Source of the DNA: Candidatus Latescibacterota bacterium
GTDB taxonomy: Bacteria; Latescibacterota; UBA2968; GCA-2709665
Assembly (NCBI GenBank): GCA_965222075.1
Contig: OZ244937.1
Coordinates: forward strand, 3,083,670-3,147,669
Reading direction: 5' to 3'
Length of the DNA stretch: 64,000 nucleotides
Part shown: positions 37,953 through 47,084 of the stretch, in pieces
How the letters are laid out: each line of letters starts with the position of its first letter
Position numbering within the stretch: position 1 is the first letter of the stretch
Translations under genes and position numbers: made by a program
The notes under the pieces: generated by a model
Database searches by the model: none
The model's input: the letters and a program-made list of their open reading frames with translations, nothing else
What the model was told of the DNA's origin: nothing

Positions 37953-39125
37953 ATGGACGCCGCTCTGGAACGGCTCTTCCTCATCCACTACCATGAAATC
38001 GGCCTGAAAGGCAAGAACCGGAGCCGGTTTGAGAACCAGCTCCTGCGCAACATCGAGCACGCCCTCAAAGGCGTTTCCTGTGGAGCCGCGCGCCGCATCA
38101 CCGGTCGCCTCCTCCTGGAACTCGCCCCCGACACCCCTCTCGGCATCGTTCAGGAGCGCCTGGCCGGGGTCTTTGGCATCGCCAACTTCTCGGAGGCTGT
38201 CCGCGTCCCCTCTACCATCGAAGCCATCCGGGAGGCCGCCTGGGCAGTTGTCCGGAAAGCCCGCTTCGCCTCCTTCAAAATCGCCACGAAACGCGCCGAC
38301 AAATCCTTTCCACTGAACTCGAACGAAATCAACTGCGACGTGGGCGCCTACATCGAGACCCGCTCGCAGGCCCAGGTCAAAATGGAGCGTCCCGACCTCA
38401 CCTGCTTCATCGAACTCTCCCACCAGGGGACTTTCATCTACACCCAAAAAACCCCGGGGCCGGGCGGCCTGCCCGTGGGCGTCAACGAACGGGCCGTCAG
38501 CCTCCTCTCCTCCGGCATTGACTCCCCGGTGGCCTCCTACCGGATCATGAAGCGGGGCGTGCGGCTCGCCTTCGTCCACTTCCACAGCCAGCCCTACACG
38601 AACCGCAACTCCCAGCGAAACACGGAAGAACTCGTCCGCCTCCTCACCCGCTACCAGTTCAAGTCCACCCTCTACCTGGTCCCCTTCGTCGAAACCCAGC
38701 GGCGCATCATGACCGGCGCCCTCCCCGGCTACCGTGTTATCCTCTACCGCCGCGCCATGTTCCGCATCGCCGAGGCGGTCGCCCTCAGGGAAGGCGCCCA
38801 GGCCCTGGTTACCGGCGAAAACGTGGGCCAGGTCGCCTCCCAGACCCTCTCCAACCTCCGGGCCATCGAAGCGGTCACCGCCCTCCCGGTCCTGCGACCC
38901 CTATCCGGCGACAACAAAGAGGAGATCATCGCCGAAGCCAGGCGCATCGGCACCTACGAAACCTCCACCGAACCCTACGAAGACTGCTGCACCGCCTTTG
39001 TCCCCAAACACCCCGAAACCCGCGCCGACCTGGAAACCGCGCAGGACATCGAGTCCCACCTCGACCTGGGTGCCCTCATCGAACAGACCCTGAACGCGAC
39101 GGAGGTGAAGCGGTTCAAGCTGTAG
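37953..39125 (+). CDS. thiI: tRNA 4-thiouridine(8) synthase / sulfur carrier adenylyltransferase ThiI
   Basis: THUMP N-terminus and PP-loop SSGIDSPVASY. Confidence 0.85.
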   Translation: MDAALERLFLIHYHEIGLKGKNRSRFENQLLRNIEHALKGVSCGAARRITGRLLLELAPDTPLGIVQERLAGVFGIANFSEAVRVPSTIEAIREAAWAVVRKARFASFKIATKRADKSFPLNSNEINCDVGAYIETRSQAQVKMERPDLTCFIELSHQGTFIYTQKTPGPGGLPVGVNERAVSLLSSGIDSPVASYRIMKRGVRLAFVHFHSQPYTNRNSQRNTEELVRLLTRYQFKSTLYLVPFVETQRRIMTGALPGYRVILYRRAMFRIAEAVALREGAQALVTGENVGQVASQTLSNLRAIEAVTALPVLRPLSGDNKEEIIAEARRIGTYETSTEPYEDCCTAFVPKHPETRADLETAQDIESHLDLGALIEQTLNATEVKRFKL

Positions 39126-40020
39126 CCTGATTCCCCCCGCCGTACCGCTCAAATATCGCATCCAACAAATGCCGGATCGCCGGCCCGAAGTAGCGCCCCC
39201 CTCGCCACGCCACGCCGACCTCCCGGGAAAAGGCCACCCCCTCCACCCTCACCGCTCGCAGCGCCCCCGACGCAAGCGACTCCCTCACCGTCAGCGCGGG
39301 CAGAAAGGAGATTCCCACCCCCACCTCCACCAGCTTCCGCATCGCCTCCGGGCTGCGCATCTCCATCACCACCCCGGGTGACACCCCCGCCTCTGCGAAC
39401 CGCTCGTCCACAATCTTCCGGGAGACCGAATCGGCGTGGAAAAGGATCAGCGGCTCCTGCACCACCTCCGCCAGCGTCACCGATGCGCAATCGGCAAACC
39501 GGTGCGCTGCTCCCACCACCAGCGGCATCGAATCCCTGTAGATCGAAACCGTCTGCACCTTGGGGTGGCTGAACGGCAGCGAAATCACCGCAAACTCCGA
39601 CCGGTTCAGCAGCAAATCCTCCACCAGGTACCGGGAAGGCGCCACCTGCACCGAAAGCGCCACCTCGGGATACGCCCGCATATAAGCCTTCAAAATATCG
39701 GGCAAAAGATAGGTCACCGCCGCATCGATCGCCCCAAACTGGAAACCCTCTCCCGGCAGCACATCTCTCCGTTTCAGCTTCTCCTCCGCCTCCTCCACAA
39801 GGTCCTGGATCTGCATGCCGTAGCTCACCAGCGCCCGCCCCTCCATCGTCAGCGAAACGTGCCGGCTCCCCCGGTTGAACAGCCGCACCCCCAGCGTCCG
39901 TTCCAACCCCCCGACCCCGCTGCTCACCGTCGGCTGGGTCACGTGCATCTCCCGCGCGGCCCTGCTGAAACTCCCCGTGCGGGCCACCGCTAAGAAATAG
40001 CGAAGATGGTGCAGATTCAT
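39115..40020 (-). CDS. LysR family transcriptional regulator
   Basis: MNLHHLRYFLAVARTGSFSRAAREMHVTQPTVSSGV HTH, plus a LysR substrate-binding domain. Divergent from MIPS. Confidence 0.9.
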   Translation of the reverse strand: MNLHHLRYFLAVARTGSFSRAAREMHVTQPTVSSGVGGLERTLGVRLFNRGSRHVSLTMEGRALVSYGMQIQDLVEEAEEKLKRRDVLPGEGFQFGAIDAAVTYLLPDILKAYMRAYPEVALSVQVAPSRYLVEDLLLNRSEFAVISLPFSHPKVQTVSIYRDSMPLVVGAAHRFADCASVTLAEVVQEPLILFHADSVSRKIVDERFAEAGVSPGVVMEMRSPEAMRKLVEVGVGISFLPALTVRESLASGALRAVRVEGVAFSREVGVAWRGGRYFGPAIRHLLDAIFERYGGGNQATA

Positions 40021-40036
40021 CCCCATCACCCCCTTT

Positions 40037-40053
40037 TATAGATAATTTCTATA
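40037..40053. promoter_or_regulatory. LTTR-box-like dyad ATAG-N7-CTAT (T-N11-A) in LysR/MIPS divergent promoter region
   Basis: tATAGataatttCTATa seen at 40037-40053, within an AT-rich 135-nt intergenic region. Confidence 0.4.
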
Positions 40054-40156
40054 TATAATATAATAAATATTTACTTGATTAATACATAAATTCTTCTATT
40101 TTTATCCCTGCAAATCGGCAAAAGCGCAAATCCGCCATTTTTCACAGGAGATTCGC

Positions 40157-41254
40157 ATGAGCAGGAGAAAAAAAGTTCGGGTCGCCATCATCGGCGTGGG
40201 CAACTGCGCCTCCTCTCTCGTCCAGGGCGTGCACTACTACAAAGACGCGGACAAGGACGCCTTTGTGCCGGGCCTGATGCACGTCGACCTGGGCGGCTAT
40301 CACGTCAGCGACATCGAGTTTTCTGCCGCATTCGACGTCGGTAAAGAAAAGGTGGGCAAAGACCTCGGCGAAGCCATCTTTGCCCACCCGAACAACACCG
40401 TCAAATTCGCAGACGTCCCCCACTTAGACGTTTCCGTCCAGCGCGGCATGACCCACGACGGCCTGGGCAAATACCTCTCCGAAGTGATCGAAAAGGCCGA
40501 ACCGCCCACCGTCGACGTGGCCGAAATCCTCAAAGCCACGAAGACCGACGTGGTGGTCAGCTACCTCCCTGTGGGCAGCGAAGAGGCCACCAAATGGTAC
40601 GTCGAACAGATCCTGCAGGCCGGGTGTGGTTTTATCAACTGCATCCCCGTCTTCATCGCCAGCGCCGGCTACTGGCCCGAACGCTTCGAAAAGCGGGGCC
40701 TGCCCATCATCGGCGACGACATCAAATCCCAGGTCGGCGCCACCATCGCACACCGCGTGCTCACCCGGCTCTTCCGCGAGCGGGGCGTTAAACTCCTGCG
40801 CACCTACCAGCTCAACTTCGGCGGCAACACCGACTTCTACAACATGCTGGAGCGCTCCCGGCTCGAATCAAAAAAGATCAGCAAGACCAACGCCGTCACC
40901 TCCCAACTCGACCACGACCTGGGCGAGGGCAATGTCCACGTGGGCCCTTCCGACCACGTCCCCTGGCTGGAAGACCGGAAATGGTGCCACATCCGCATGG
41001 AAGGGGAGACCTTTGGCGGCGTGCCCCTCAACCTCGAACTCAAACTCGAAGTCTGGGACTCGCCCAACTCCGCCGGCGTGGTCATCGATGCGGTCCGCTG
41101 CTGCAAGCTCGCCCTCAACCACGGCCTCAAAGGCCCGCTGCTGGCCCCCTCCTCCTACTTCATGAAAACCCCGCCGCAGCAGTTCAGCGACGACCAGGCC
41201 CGGGAAATGGTGGAAGACTTCATCCTCCAGTATGGCCGGAACGGCAGGGCGTGA
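40157..41254 (+). CDS. ino1: myo-Inositol-1-phosphate synthase (MIPS), short bacterial/archaeal type
   Basis: [57 protein letters not shown] motifs. 365 aa. Confidence 0.9.
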   Translation: MSRRKKVRVAIIGVGNCASSLVQGVHYYKDADKDAFVPGLMHVDLGGYHVSDIEFSAAFDVGKEKVGKDLGEAIFAHPNNTVKFADVPHLDVSVQRGMTHDGLGKYLSEVIEKAEPPTVDVAEILKATKTDVVVSYLPVGSEEATKWYVEQILQAGCGFINCIPVFIASAGYWPERFEKRGLPIIGDDIKSQVGATIAHRVLTRLFRERGVKLLRTYQLNFGGNTDFYNMLERSRLESKKISKTNAVTSQLDHDLGEGNVHVGPSDHVPWLEDRKWCHIRMEGETFGGVPLNLELKLEVWDSPNSAGVVIDAVRCCKLALNHGLKGPLLAPSSYFMKTPPQQFSDDQAREMVEDFILQYGRNGRA

Positions 41255-41319
41255 TAAAAAGCATGCACCGAAAGAGACGCAGAGAACGCGGAGAAAGACC
41301 AAAAACGCGGACAACACAA

Positions 41320-41358
41320 AAACGGACGGTCGACCGTGGTCAACCGTCCGTTTGGTTT
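41320..41358. terminator. Bidirectional terminator between convergent MIPS and DegT genes
   Basis: AACGGACGGTCGACC / GGTCAACCGTCCGTT 15-bp stem (1 mismatch) followed by TTTGGTTT. Confidence 0.6.
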
Positions 41359-41373
41359 CGTAAGCTTCACGAT

Positions 41374-42636
41374 CTACTTCAGCTCTCCCGCCTGTGTCAC
41401 CACCTTCCGGAACGCTTCGGCGTGCTCTTTGATAATCTCCGGGCGGTAGTGCTTGAACCATGGGATGGAATACACCTGCTCCGTCATCCGCTCCGTCACC
41501 GGCAGGCTGCCCTCTCCCTGCCGCACGTCCTGATCCGAATGGGCGATACGCGTCGGCTTGCCGTCGCCGTATACATCCGCGTCGTTTAAAACCGGATGCA
41601 GGTGCAGCAGCAGGTTCGCCCCCGGGCCGGTCGACGTCCCTTCCGCCCGAACCGCCTCGCAGAACTTCTGCACGCTCAGCCCGTCCAGTTCTTCTGGAAC
41701 GTAGAGCCCGTGCGCCGCGTACCACCCCCCCATCGTACTCCCCGAATCCTTCGGGGGCCGGTGCGCCTTGATCCCCGGCGCGCCCTCCAGCAGATCCCAG
41801 AAATAGTTCATCGCCTTCTGGATCTCCTCCATCCGCTCCTGATAGTGCCTAAGCTGAACCCGACCGACTGCGGATGAAAGCTGGTGCATCCGGTACTTGA
41901 ATCCCCCCAGCGGCAGCCCGGAAAATTTCTTCAGCTCCGGATCTTCGATCTGCCCTGTGCGCTCGTAGTGCCCAAACGCCGCCGCACGCTCGTAAATCTT
42001 TTTATCATTTGTAATCAGCATCCCCGCTTCGCCGATCGCCAGAGACTTGCCCGACATACAGGACATCGCACCCACATGCCCGATCGTGCCCACCAGCCGG
42101 CCCTTGTAGAGCGCCCCGTGCGCGTGCGACACATCCTCGATCACCTTGATCCCGCGCGCATTGGCGATCTCCATAATCGGGTCCATATCGGTTGGATGCC
42201 CCAGATAGTGCACCACCATAATCGCCTTGGTCCTGTCCGTAATCTTGCGCTCCATATCCTCGGCATCCAGCGTCAGCGTATCCGGGTCCATATCCGCGAA
42301 AACGATCGTAGCCCCCAGGTTCATTGCCTGTAGCACGGACGCCCAGAAGGTCATGCTCTGGCAGATAATCTCGTCTCCCACGCCTATCCCGCACCCGAAC
42401 ATCGCCGTATGCAGCGAAGCCGTACCCGTATTGTGCGCCAGCGCGTACTTCATATCGTGCCACTCTGCATATTCCTTCTCAAACGCCACCGTTACATCCG
42501 TCCCGGACATCGCCCCCCGGCGCAGCACCTCTAACGCGGCCTCTTCGTCCTCCTGGGTGATAATCGGCCACTTGAACATATCCCCCGGATCGGTCTTCAC
42601 CGCCTTGGGCCCACCCAGAATCGCCAGCTTATCCAT
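41374..42636 (-). CDS. DegT/DnrJ/EryC1/StrS family PLP-dependent aminotransferase (sugar/inosose aminotransferase type)
   Basis: 420 aa. Characteristic fold-type I sugar aminotransferase motifs (GDEIICQSMTFWAS, PLP-Lys region SCMSGKSL). GGAGG RBS. Confidence 0.85.
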   Translation of the reverse strand: MDKLAILGGPKAVKTDPGDMFKWPIITQEDEEAALEVLRRGAMSGTDVTVAFEKEYAEWHDMKYALAHNTGTASLHTAMFGCGIGVGDEIICQSMTFWASVLQAMNLGATIVFADMDPDTLTLDAEDMERKITDRTKAIMVVHYLGHPTDMDPIMEIANARGIKVIEDVSHAHGALYKGRLVGTIGHVGAMSCMSGKSLAIGEAGMLITNDKKIYERAAAFGHYERTGQIEDPELKKFSGLPLGGFKYRMHQLSSAVGRVQLRHYQERMEEIQKAMNYFWDLLEGAPGIKAHRPPKDSGSTMGGWYAAHGLYVPEELDGLSVQKFCEAVRAEGTSTGPGANLLLHLHPVLNDADVYGDGKPTRIAHSDQDVRQGEGSLPVTERMTEQVYSIPWFKHYRPEIIKEHAEAFRKVVTQAGELK

Positions 42637-42813
42637 CCTCCTGACCTCCTTCGGAATCAGCCATACTTCTATGTCGGGTTGTGCGCAAAGAATCTCCTCG
42701 CGCCGATCAGAAACGCCATCTTTTTTTAATATACCTCATTTCAAAGCCCGTACGCCAGCAAAAAGGCCCCGGAGGGTGATCTTCCGGAGCCTCGACCGAT
42801 CTCTGCGCTGCGC

Positions 42814-43857
42814 TCACGCATCAAAATACGACTTCCGGCTCGCGTGCGGCGGGGTGCGGTCCCGTTCAGCACGGCCTGCAATCGTCATCGCAACGCCCAT
42901 CGGCGCCGGCTCTACATCCTCCCGGCGGTTGTTAAACGTCGTTGCCCCCCACCGTGACCCCACCGCAACCAGGTCGAACCGCGAAAACCGCTCTGCCTGC
43001 GGGTCGAACGAAAGATATCCCAGCAGCTTCGCGTCAAATCCCCGCTCGCGGATAATACAGCACATCTCCCCCCGTTTGTAAACCGACTCACGGGGCGGAA
43101 ACGTACACCAGTCCTTCTCCTCGCACAAAAACGCGTGTCCGGAAACCTTCAGATCCACCCCCTCCGGCGTCACACCGGTCACCGTCAACCACATCTCCAC
43201 ATCACAAAGCGCCTCAGGAGGCCAGGGGGCCGTCTCCCCCCGCACGCTGTCGACCAGGTGAAACCGGACCAGCCGCCGGGTGACCTCTCCCGGCATTGGA
43301 AAGGAATCGCCCACCGCCGCATCGGGCGGTACAATCAAGCGCATCTCCTCCCGCGTGAGCCAGACGTAATCCTGGTTGTGGGAATCCAGAAAGATCTCCG
43401 GCCGAAAATCCACCTGCCGGGACAGGTCCCGAACGCCCAGGTGGAGCACCAGACCGTCCTCCGGATACGCCCAGGCAAACCGGGTATCCGGCCCTTCCAC
43501 CTCTCCGATCCGGAAGCACCCGTGCTGCGTCCCTCGACGCTCCCAGTTCTCCAGCGCCTGTTCCATCATCTCCAAAAGCTGATCCGGGTCGCGCACGTGG
43601 CGGGAGCCCAGCAGCTCTCCCTCCGTCGTCGTCACAAACTGCCCCTGGTGGCACTCCCCGTGCTCCGTATCGGCCATCCGGGCGCTGGCCTCCTCAAACG
43701 AGAGGCCAAATCGGCCCTGCCAGGAGACCAGGCGTAAAAACCTCCCCTCCTCGTCGTCCTGTCGCTGCAGGTGGCTGATATTGGCCGCAACGGGAACAAA
43801 CTTCTCGTTTAAAAGCCCGATCACGCGCGGATCGGAAAATGTGAGCGCACGGCCCAC
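42814..43857 (-). CDS. Hypothetical protein (downstream part of a possible TGA-interrupted gene)
   Basis: 347 aa ORF with GTG start. It is in the same frame as the upstream 88-aa ORF and separated from it only by TGA + 4 codons. Confidence 0.4.
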   Translation of the reverse strand: MGRALTFSDPRVIGLLNEKFVPVAANISHLQRQDDEEGRFLRLVSWQGRFGLSFEEASARMADTEHGECHQGQFVTTTEGELLGSRHVRDPDQLLEMMEQALENWERRGTQHGCFRIGEVEGPDTRFAWAYPEDGLVLHLGVRDLSRQVDFRPEIFLDSHNQDYVWLTREEMRLIVPPDAAVGDSFPMPGEVTRRLVRFHLVDSVRGETAPWPPEALCDVEMWLTVTGVTPEGVDLKVSGHAFLCEEKDWCTFPPRESVYKRGEMCCIIRERGFDAKLLGYLSFDPQAERFSRFDLVAVGSRWGATTFNNRREDVEPAPMGVAMTIAGRAERDRTPPHASRKSYFDA

Positions 43858-43869
43858 AACCCCGTTGTT

Positions 43870-44136
43870 TCAGACACACCCAAGCGGGTGCCCGTTCATC
43901 GCCCAGATGAACAGCGGCTTCTCCAGCTCGGCCGCCTGCTGACGCCCCTCCCAGAGATGGCCGATCCAGGGCACCTCCGTCCACCGCTCCTTGTCTGCGC
44001 GGGGCCGGCAGGCCTCGAACAGCTCCTCAAACGTCTCCGCCCTCAGCGCGGGCGGGGGATTCACTATCTCTTCGGTAACCATACACATCTCTCCCTTGTT
44101 GAGAGTGGGATAAAGCCTCCAGGGTGTGGTTTTCAA
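43870..44136 (-). CDS. Hypothetical small protein ending ...KPLFIWAMNGHPLGCV immediately before an in-frame TGA
   Basis: 88 aa ORF. C-terminal segment resembles a thioredoxin-fold active-site region. Stop TGA at 43870-43872 is in frame with the following ORF. Confidence 0.35.
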   Translation of the reverse strand: MKTTPWRLYPTLNKGEMCMVTEEIVNPPPALRAETFEELFEACRPRADKERWTEVPWIGHLWEGRQQAAELEKPLFIWAMNGHPLGCV

Positions 44137-44366
44137 ATATAACCCCGAACTCTTTCAAGAGGTTAGAAAGGTTTTGCAGAGTGGGTTACACCCTATTGAT
44201 AAGAAAAAAAGGGGCCGATAGCAAGAAAAATTTCTTCAAAGCGGCGATCCTCTCCGGCCCCCTCCCTTTGGGCTTGATTTCACAGGAAAGTTTGCGTATT
44301 CATTGGGGGTTTTAACGACAGCTTCTAAAACGCAACGGGGCAAAAGCCACCTTCCGAGGTCCGGAT

Positions 44367-45935
44367 ATGACATCTGAAACTCCGCTGTCCAAACAACAGA
44401 TCGCCGATGGCCTGAAAGCCCTCGGCCTCTCCCGGGGGGCCATCCTGATGGTCCATGCGTCTCTCAGCAGCCTGGGGGAAGTCGATGGCGGGGCCGGCGC
44501 CCTCATCGACGCCCTGCTGGAGGCCCTCGGACCGGAAGGCACCCTCCTGATGCCCACCCATCCGGCCCGTGACGGGCGCACCTTCCACCCCGACGCGATC
44601 CCCTCCGACATGGGGACCATCACCGAAACCTTCCGCCTGCGTCCCGGCGTGCTGCGCAGCCGCCACCCCTACCATCCGGTAGCAGCGATCGGTGCCCGGG
44701 CCGAGGAGATGCTGCGCGACCACGAGCAGAGCGCGGTCCCCGACGGCCCGGAAACCCCCTACGGCCGCCTCATTGCCCTGGACGGCCGGGTGCTGCACAT
44801 CGGCTGCGACCTGAACACGCTCACCCTGCTCCACACCGTGGAAGCGGAACTGGACCTGCCCTACCTGCGGGAGTTGGAGATGAAATACGTGGATGCCCAG
44901 GGAAAGGTCCGCACCCTGCAGATCAAACGCTGTCCCGGCGGGCACCGGGGCGGCGTCTGGAAATTCGACCGCTTATTCCGAGAAGAGGGCGCCATGTCCC
45001 TCGGACGGATCGAACGCGCGGTCTGCCGGTTGATCTCTGCGCCGGAAGCAGCGGCGGTCATGCGCCGGGAAATGGCCCGGGACCCCGCCTTTGCCTTAGA
45101 CGACAACCCCCACTGCGCCGACTGCGTCCGCTTCCGGAGCAAAATCGGGCCCCGTTCCCAAACCAGGCGAAAACCGCGTGTGCAGATCAACAACAAGGCC
45201 GGCCGCCTGGCCCGTGAGGACTTCCGGCTCACCGCCCCCCTCTGGGCCGTCGCCCGGAATCCTGAGCAGGCCCTGGACCTGATTCGGGAGGAAGGCATCG
45301 CGCACGTAGAGCTGCACACAGAACATCTACCCGAACCGGACGGCCTTAACAGGCAGCTCACGGACCGGGGGATGGACATCGCCGTCCTGCGCACCGACCT
45401 CGGCCCGCCCGATGTAATCGCCGAACAAGCAGCCCGGCTAAAGGTCGCCTGTCTGCACGTCGGCGCCCCAAACCGAACCGAAATGAACCATCCCCAACTC
45501 GTAGACGCACTCTGCGCCCTGGCCCAAGCGGCTGGCGGCCGGGGAATCACCGCGCTTTTGGGCAACCGGCCGGACAGCCTCGCAGAAACCGCGGAGGAAC
45601 TGGCTGCGCTCGTAAAAGAGGTCGGCTCGCCAAACCTGAAGGCGAGCTACAACCCGGCCCATATCGCGTGGTCCGGAGGCAGTCCTTTCTACGGTGGACT
45701 CTACAAAGGACCGCTGCGCCGCAACCTGCGCCACGTGGATCTACAAGATGTGGTCGTCGCCGACAGAAGGGGGGTCACACCCGGCATGGGCAATGCCGAA
45801 ATCATAGAAATCATCTCCAATCTGCGCTGCCGAAGCTTTGATGGATTCCTGTGTCTCTGGCCGCTGCCAAAGCAGGGGGATGAGGGATTTCGGGAAGCGG
45901 CGAGAGGCTTCCGGGAGATCATGGAGCGCATCTGA
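44367..45935 (+). CDS. Fusion protein: N-terminal AAC(3)-like aminoglycoside/aminocyclitol N-acetyltransferase (Antibiotic_NAT) + C-terminal xylose-isomerase-like TIM-barrel (IolE/IolI/MocC-like sugar phosphate isomerase/epimerase)
   Basis: N-terminus GAILMVHASLSSLGEVDGGAGALIDALLEALGPEGTLLMPTH matches the AAC(3) family core. Residues ~290-522 (IAHVELHTEHLPEP..., NLKASYNPAHIAWSG, GFDGFLCLWPL) resemble AP_endonuc_2/xylose isomerase-like barrels. Single uninterrupted 522-codon ORF. Confidence 0.6.
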   Translation: MTSETPLSKQQIADGLKALGLSRGAILMVHASLSSLGEVDGGAGALIDALLEALGPEGTLLMPTHPARDGRTFHPDAIPSDMGTITETFRLRPGVLRSRHPYHPVAAIGARAEEMLRDHEQSAVPDGPETPYGRLIALDGRVLHIGCDLNTLTLLHTVEAELDLPYLRELEMKYVDAQGKVRTLQIKRCPGGHRGGVWKFDRLFREEGAMSLGRIERAVCRLISAPEAAAVMRREMARDPAFALDDNPHCADCVRFRSKIGPRSQTRRKPRVQINNKAGRLAREDFRLTAPLWAVARNPEQALDLIREEGIAHVELHTEHLPEPDGLNRQLTDRGMDIAVLRTDLGPPDVIAEQAARLKVACLHVGAPNRTEMNHPQLVDALCALAQAAGGRGITALLGNRPDSLAETAEELAALVKEVGSPNLKASYNPAHIAWSGGSPFYGGLYKGPLRRNLRHVDLQDVVVADRRGVTPGMGNAEIIEIISNLRCRSFDGFLCLWPLPKQGDEGFREAARGFREIMERI

Positions 45936-46025
45936 TTCCACCGCAGAATACAGACAACCGGGGTCAAAGTGCTGTTGACACAGGTCTCGCTCCGCCCTAA
46001 CTTGGGTGGAAAAAGGAGATCGATC

Positions 46026-47084
46026 ATGACCAAAAGGCTCGAAGCGCCTGTCAGATGCGCCGTCATCGGGTACGGCGCCGCCCACATCTTTGGCAGGGCG
46101 CACGGCAGATGGATCGATGCAACGCCCAACCTGGAATGGGTCGCGGTATGCGACATAGACTCCGAGCGGCTCAGGGTCGCAACAGACGAGTTTCCGCACC
46201 TGAAAACCTGCTCCAGCGTTACGGATCTGCTTGAAAGGGCCGAGGTCGACATGGTCTCGGTGATCACGCCGCACCACACACACGCGCCTATTGCGCTTGA
46301 ATGTATCCGCGCAGGCAAGCACGTCATCGTAGACAAGGCCATGTGTCTGAGCGTGGCCGAAGCCACCGCGATGATCGAAGAGGCCGAGAAACAAAACGCC
46401 ATGCTGGCCGTCTTTCACGGCCGCCGGCACGACGGCAACTACCGCGCCATCCAGGAAACCGTCCGCAGCGGCCTCATCGGCGACCTGTTTCACATCGAAC
46501 TCACCGCCGGAGGATATCGGAAGCCCCGGGACTGGTGGTACAGCAAGAAGGCCCTCGGCGGAGGCGCCTTTTATTACTGGGGGCCCCACGCCGTCGACTG
46601 GGTGCTCAACCTCGTCCAGGACAGCGTAAGCGGTGTAACCGGCTTTTACCACAAACTCGTCTGGGACGACGTGGACATCGAAGACCAGACCCGGGCGATC
46701 CTGCGCTTTGAAAACGGCGCCGTGGCCGACATCACCTATTCGCACATCGCCGCGGCCGGCAAACCGGCGTGGAGAATTCTGGGCACGAAGGGCGCGATTG
46801 TCGATACCGGAACCGACGGAGCCAAGGGCTACCAGGAGCAAATCGTCGGCCCGCCGGGTGGAAGCTTTCAGGCAATCACAATCGAAAACGACAAACGCCG
46901 TGAAACGACCGTACCCTACAAGGATTCCGACTGGCTCACCTACTATATCGAAATTGCAGAGCACCTTCTAAACGGCGGCCCCATACCCGTCACCGGAGAA
47001 GAGGGCCGGAGAACCATCGCAGTATTCGAAGCCGCCGAACGGTCCTCCCGGACCGGCAAAACCGAACCTGTGGAATATGAGTGA
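46026..47084 (+). CDS. Gfo/Idh/MocA family NAD(P)-dependent oxidoreductase (inositol dehydrogenase-like)
   Basis: VRCAVIGYGAAHIFGRAHG Rossmann N-terminus. EKP-like motif region (VDKAMCLS). GFO_IDH_MocA C-terminal domain. AAGGAG RBS. 8-nt overlap with the next gene. Confidence 0.85.
   Translation: MTKRLEAPVRCAVIGYGAAHIFGRAHGRWIDATPNLEWVAVCDIDSERLRVATDEFPHLKTCSSVTDLLERAEVDMVSVITPHHTHAPIALECIRAGKHVIVDKAMCLSVAEATAMIEEAEKQNAMLAVFHGRRHDGNYRAIQETVRSGLIGDLFHIELTAGGYRKPRDWWYSKKALGGGAFYYWGPHAVDWVLNLVQDSVSGVTGFYHKLVWDDVDIEDQTRAILRFENGAVADITYSHIAAAGKPAWRILGTKGAIVDTGTDGAKGYQEQIVGPPGGSFQAITIENDKRRETTVPYKDSDWLTYYIEIAEHLLNGGPIPVTGEEGRRTIAVFEAAERSSRTGKTEPVEYE

Noticed and set aside
44137-44366. Possible tRNA-like T-loop (GGTTTTCAAATATAACC) and repeats in the divergent intergenic region
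   Set aside because: Does not fit a tRNA cloverleaf (no acceptor/anticodon arms). Repeats (AGAGTGGG...; GGGGCCG...CGGCCCC) are noted but too imperfect to call.
45741-46964. 407-aa minus-strand ORF antisense to the Gfo/Idh/MocA gene
   Set aside because: Shadow ORF; no recognisable domain.
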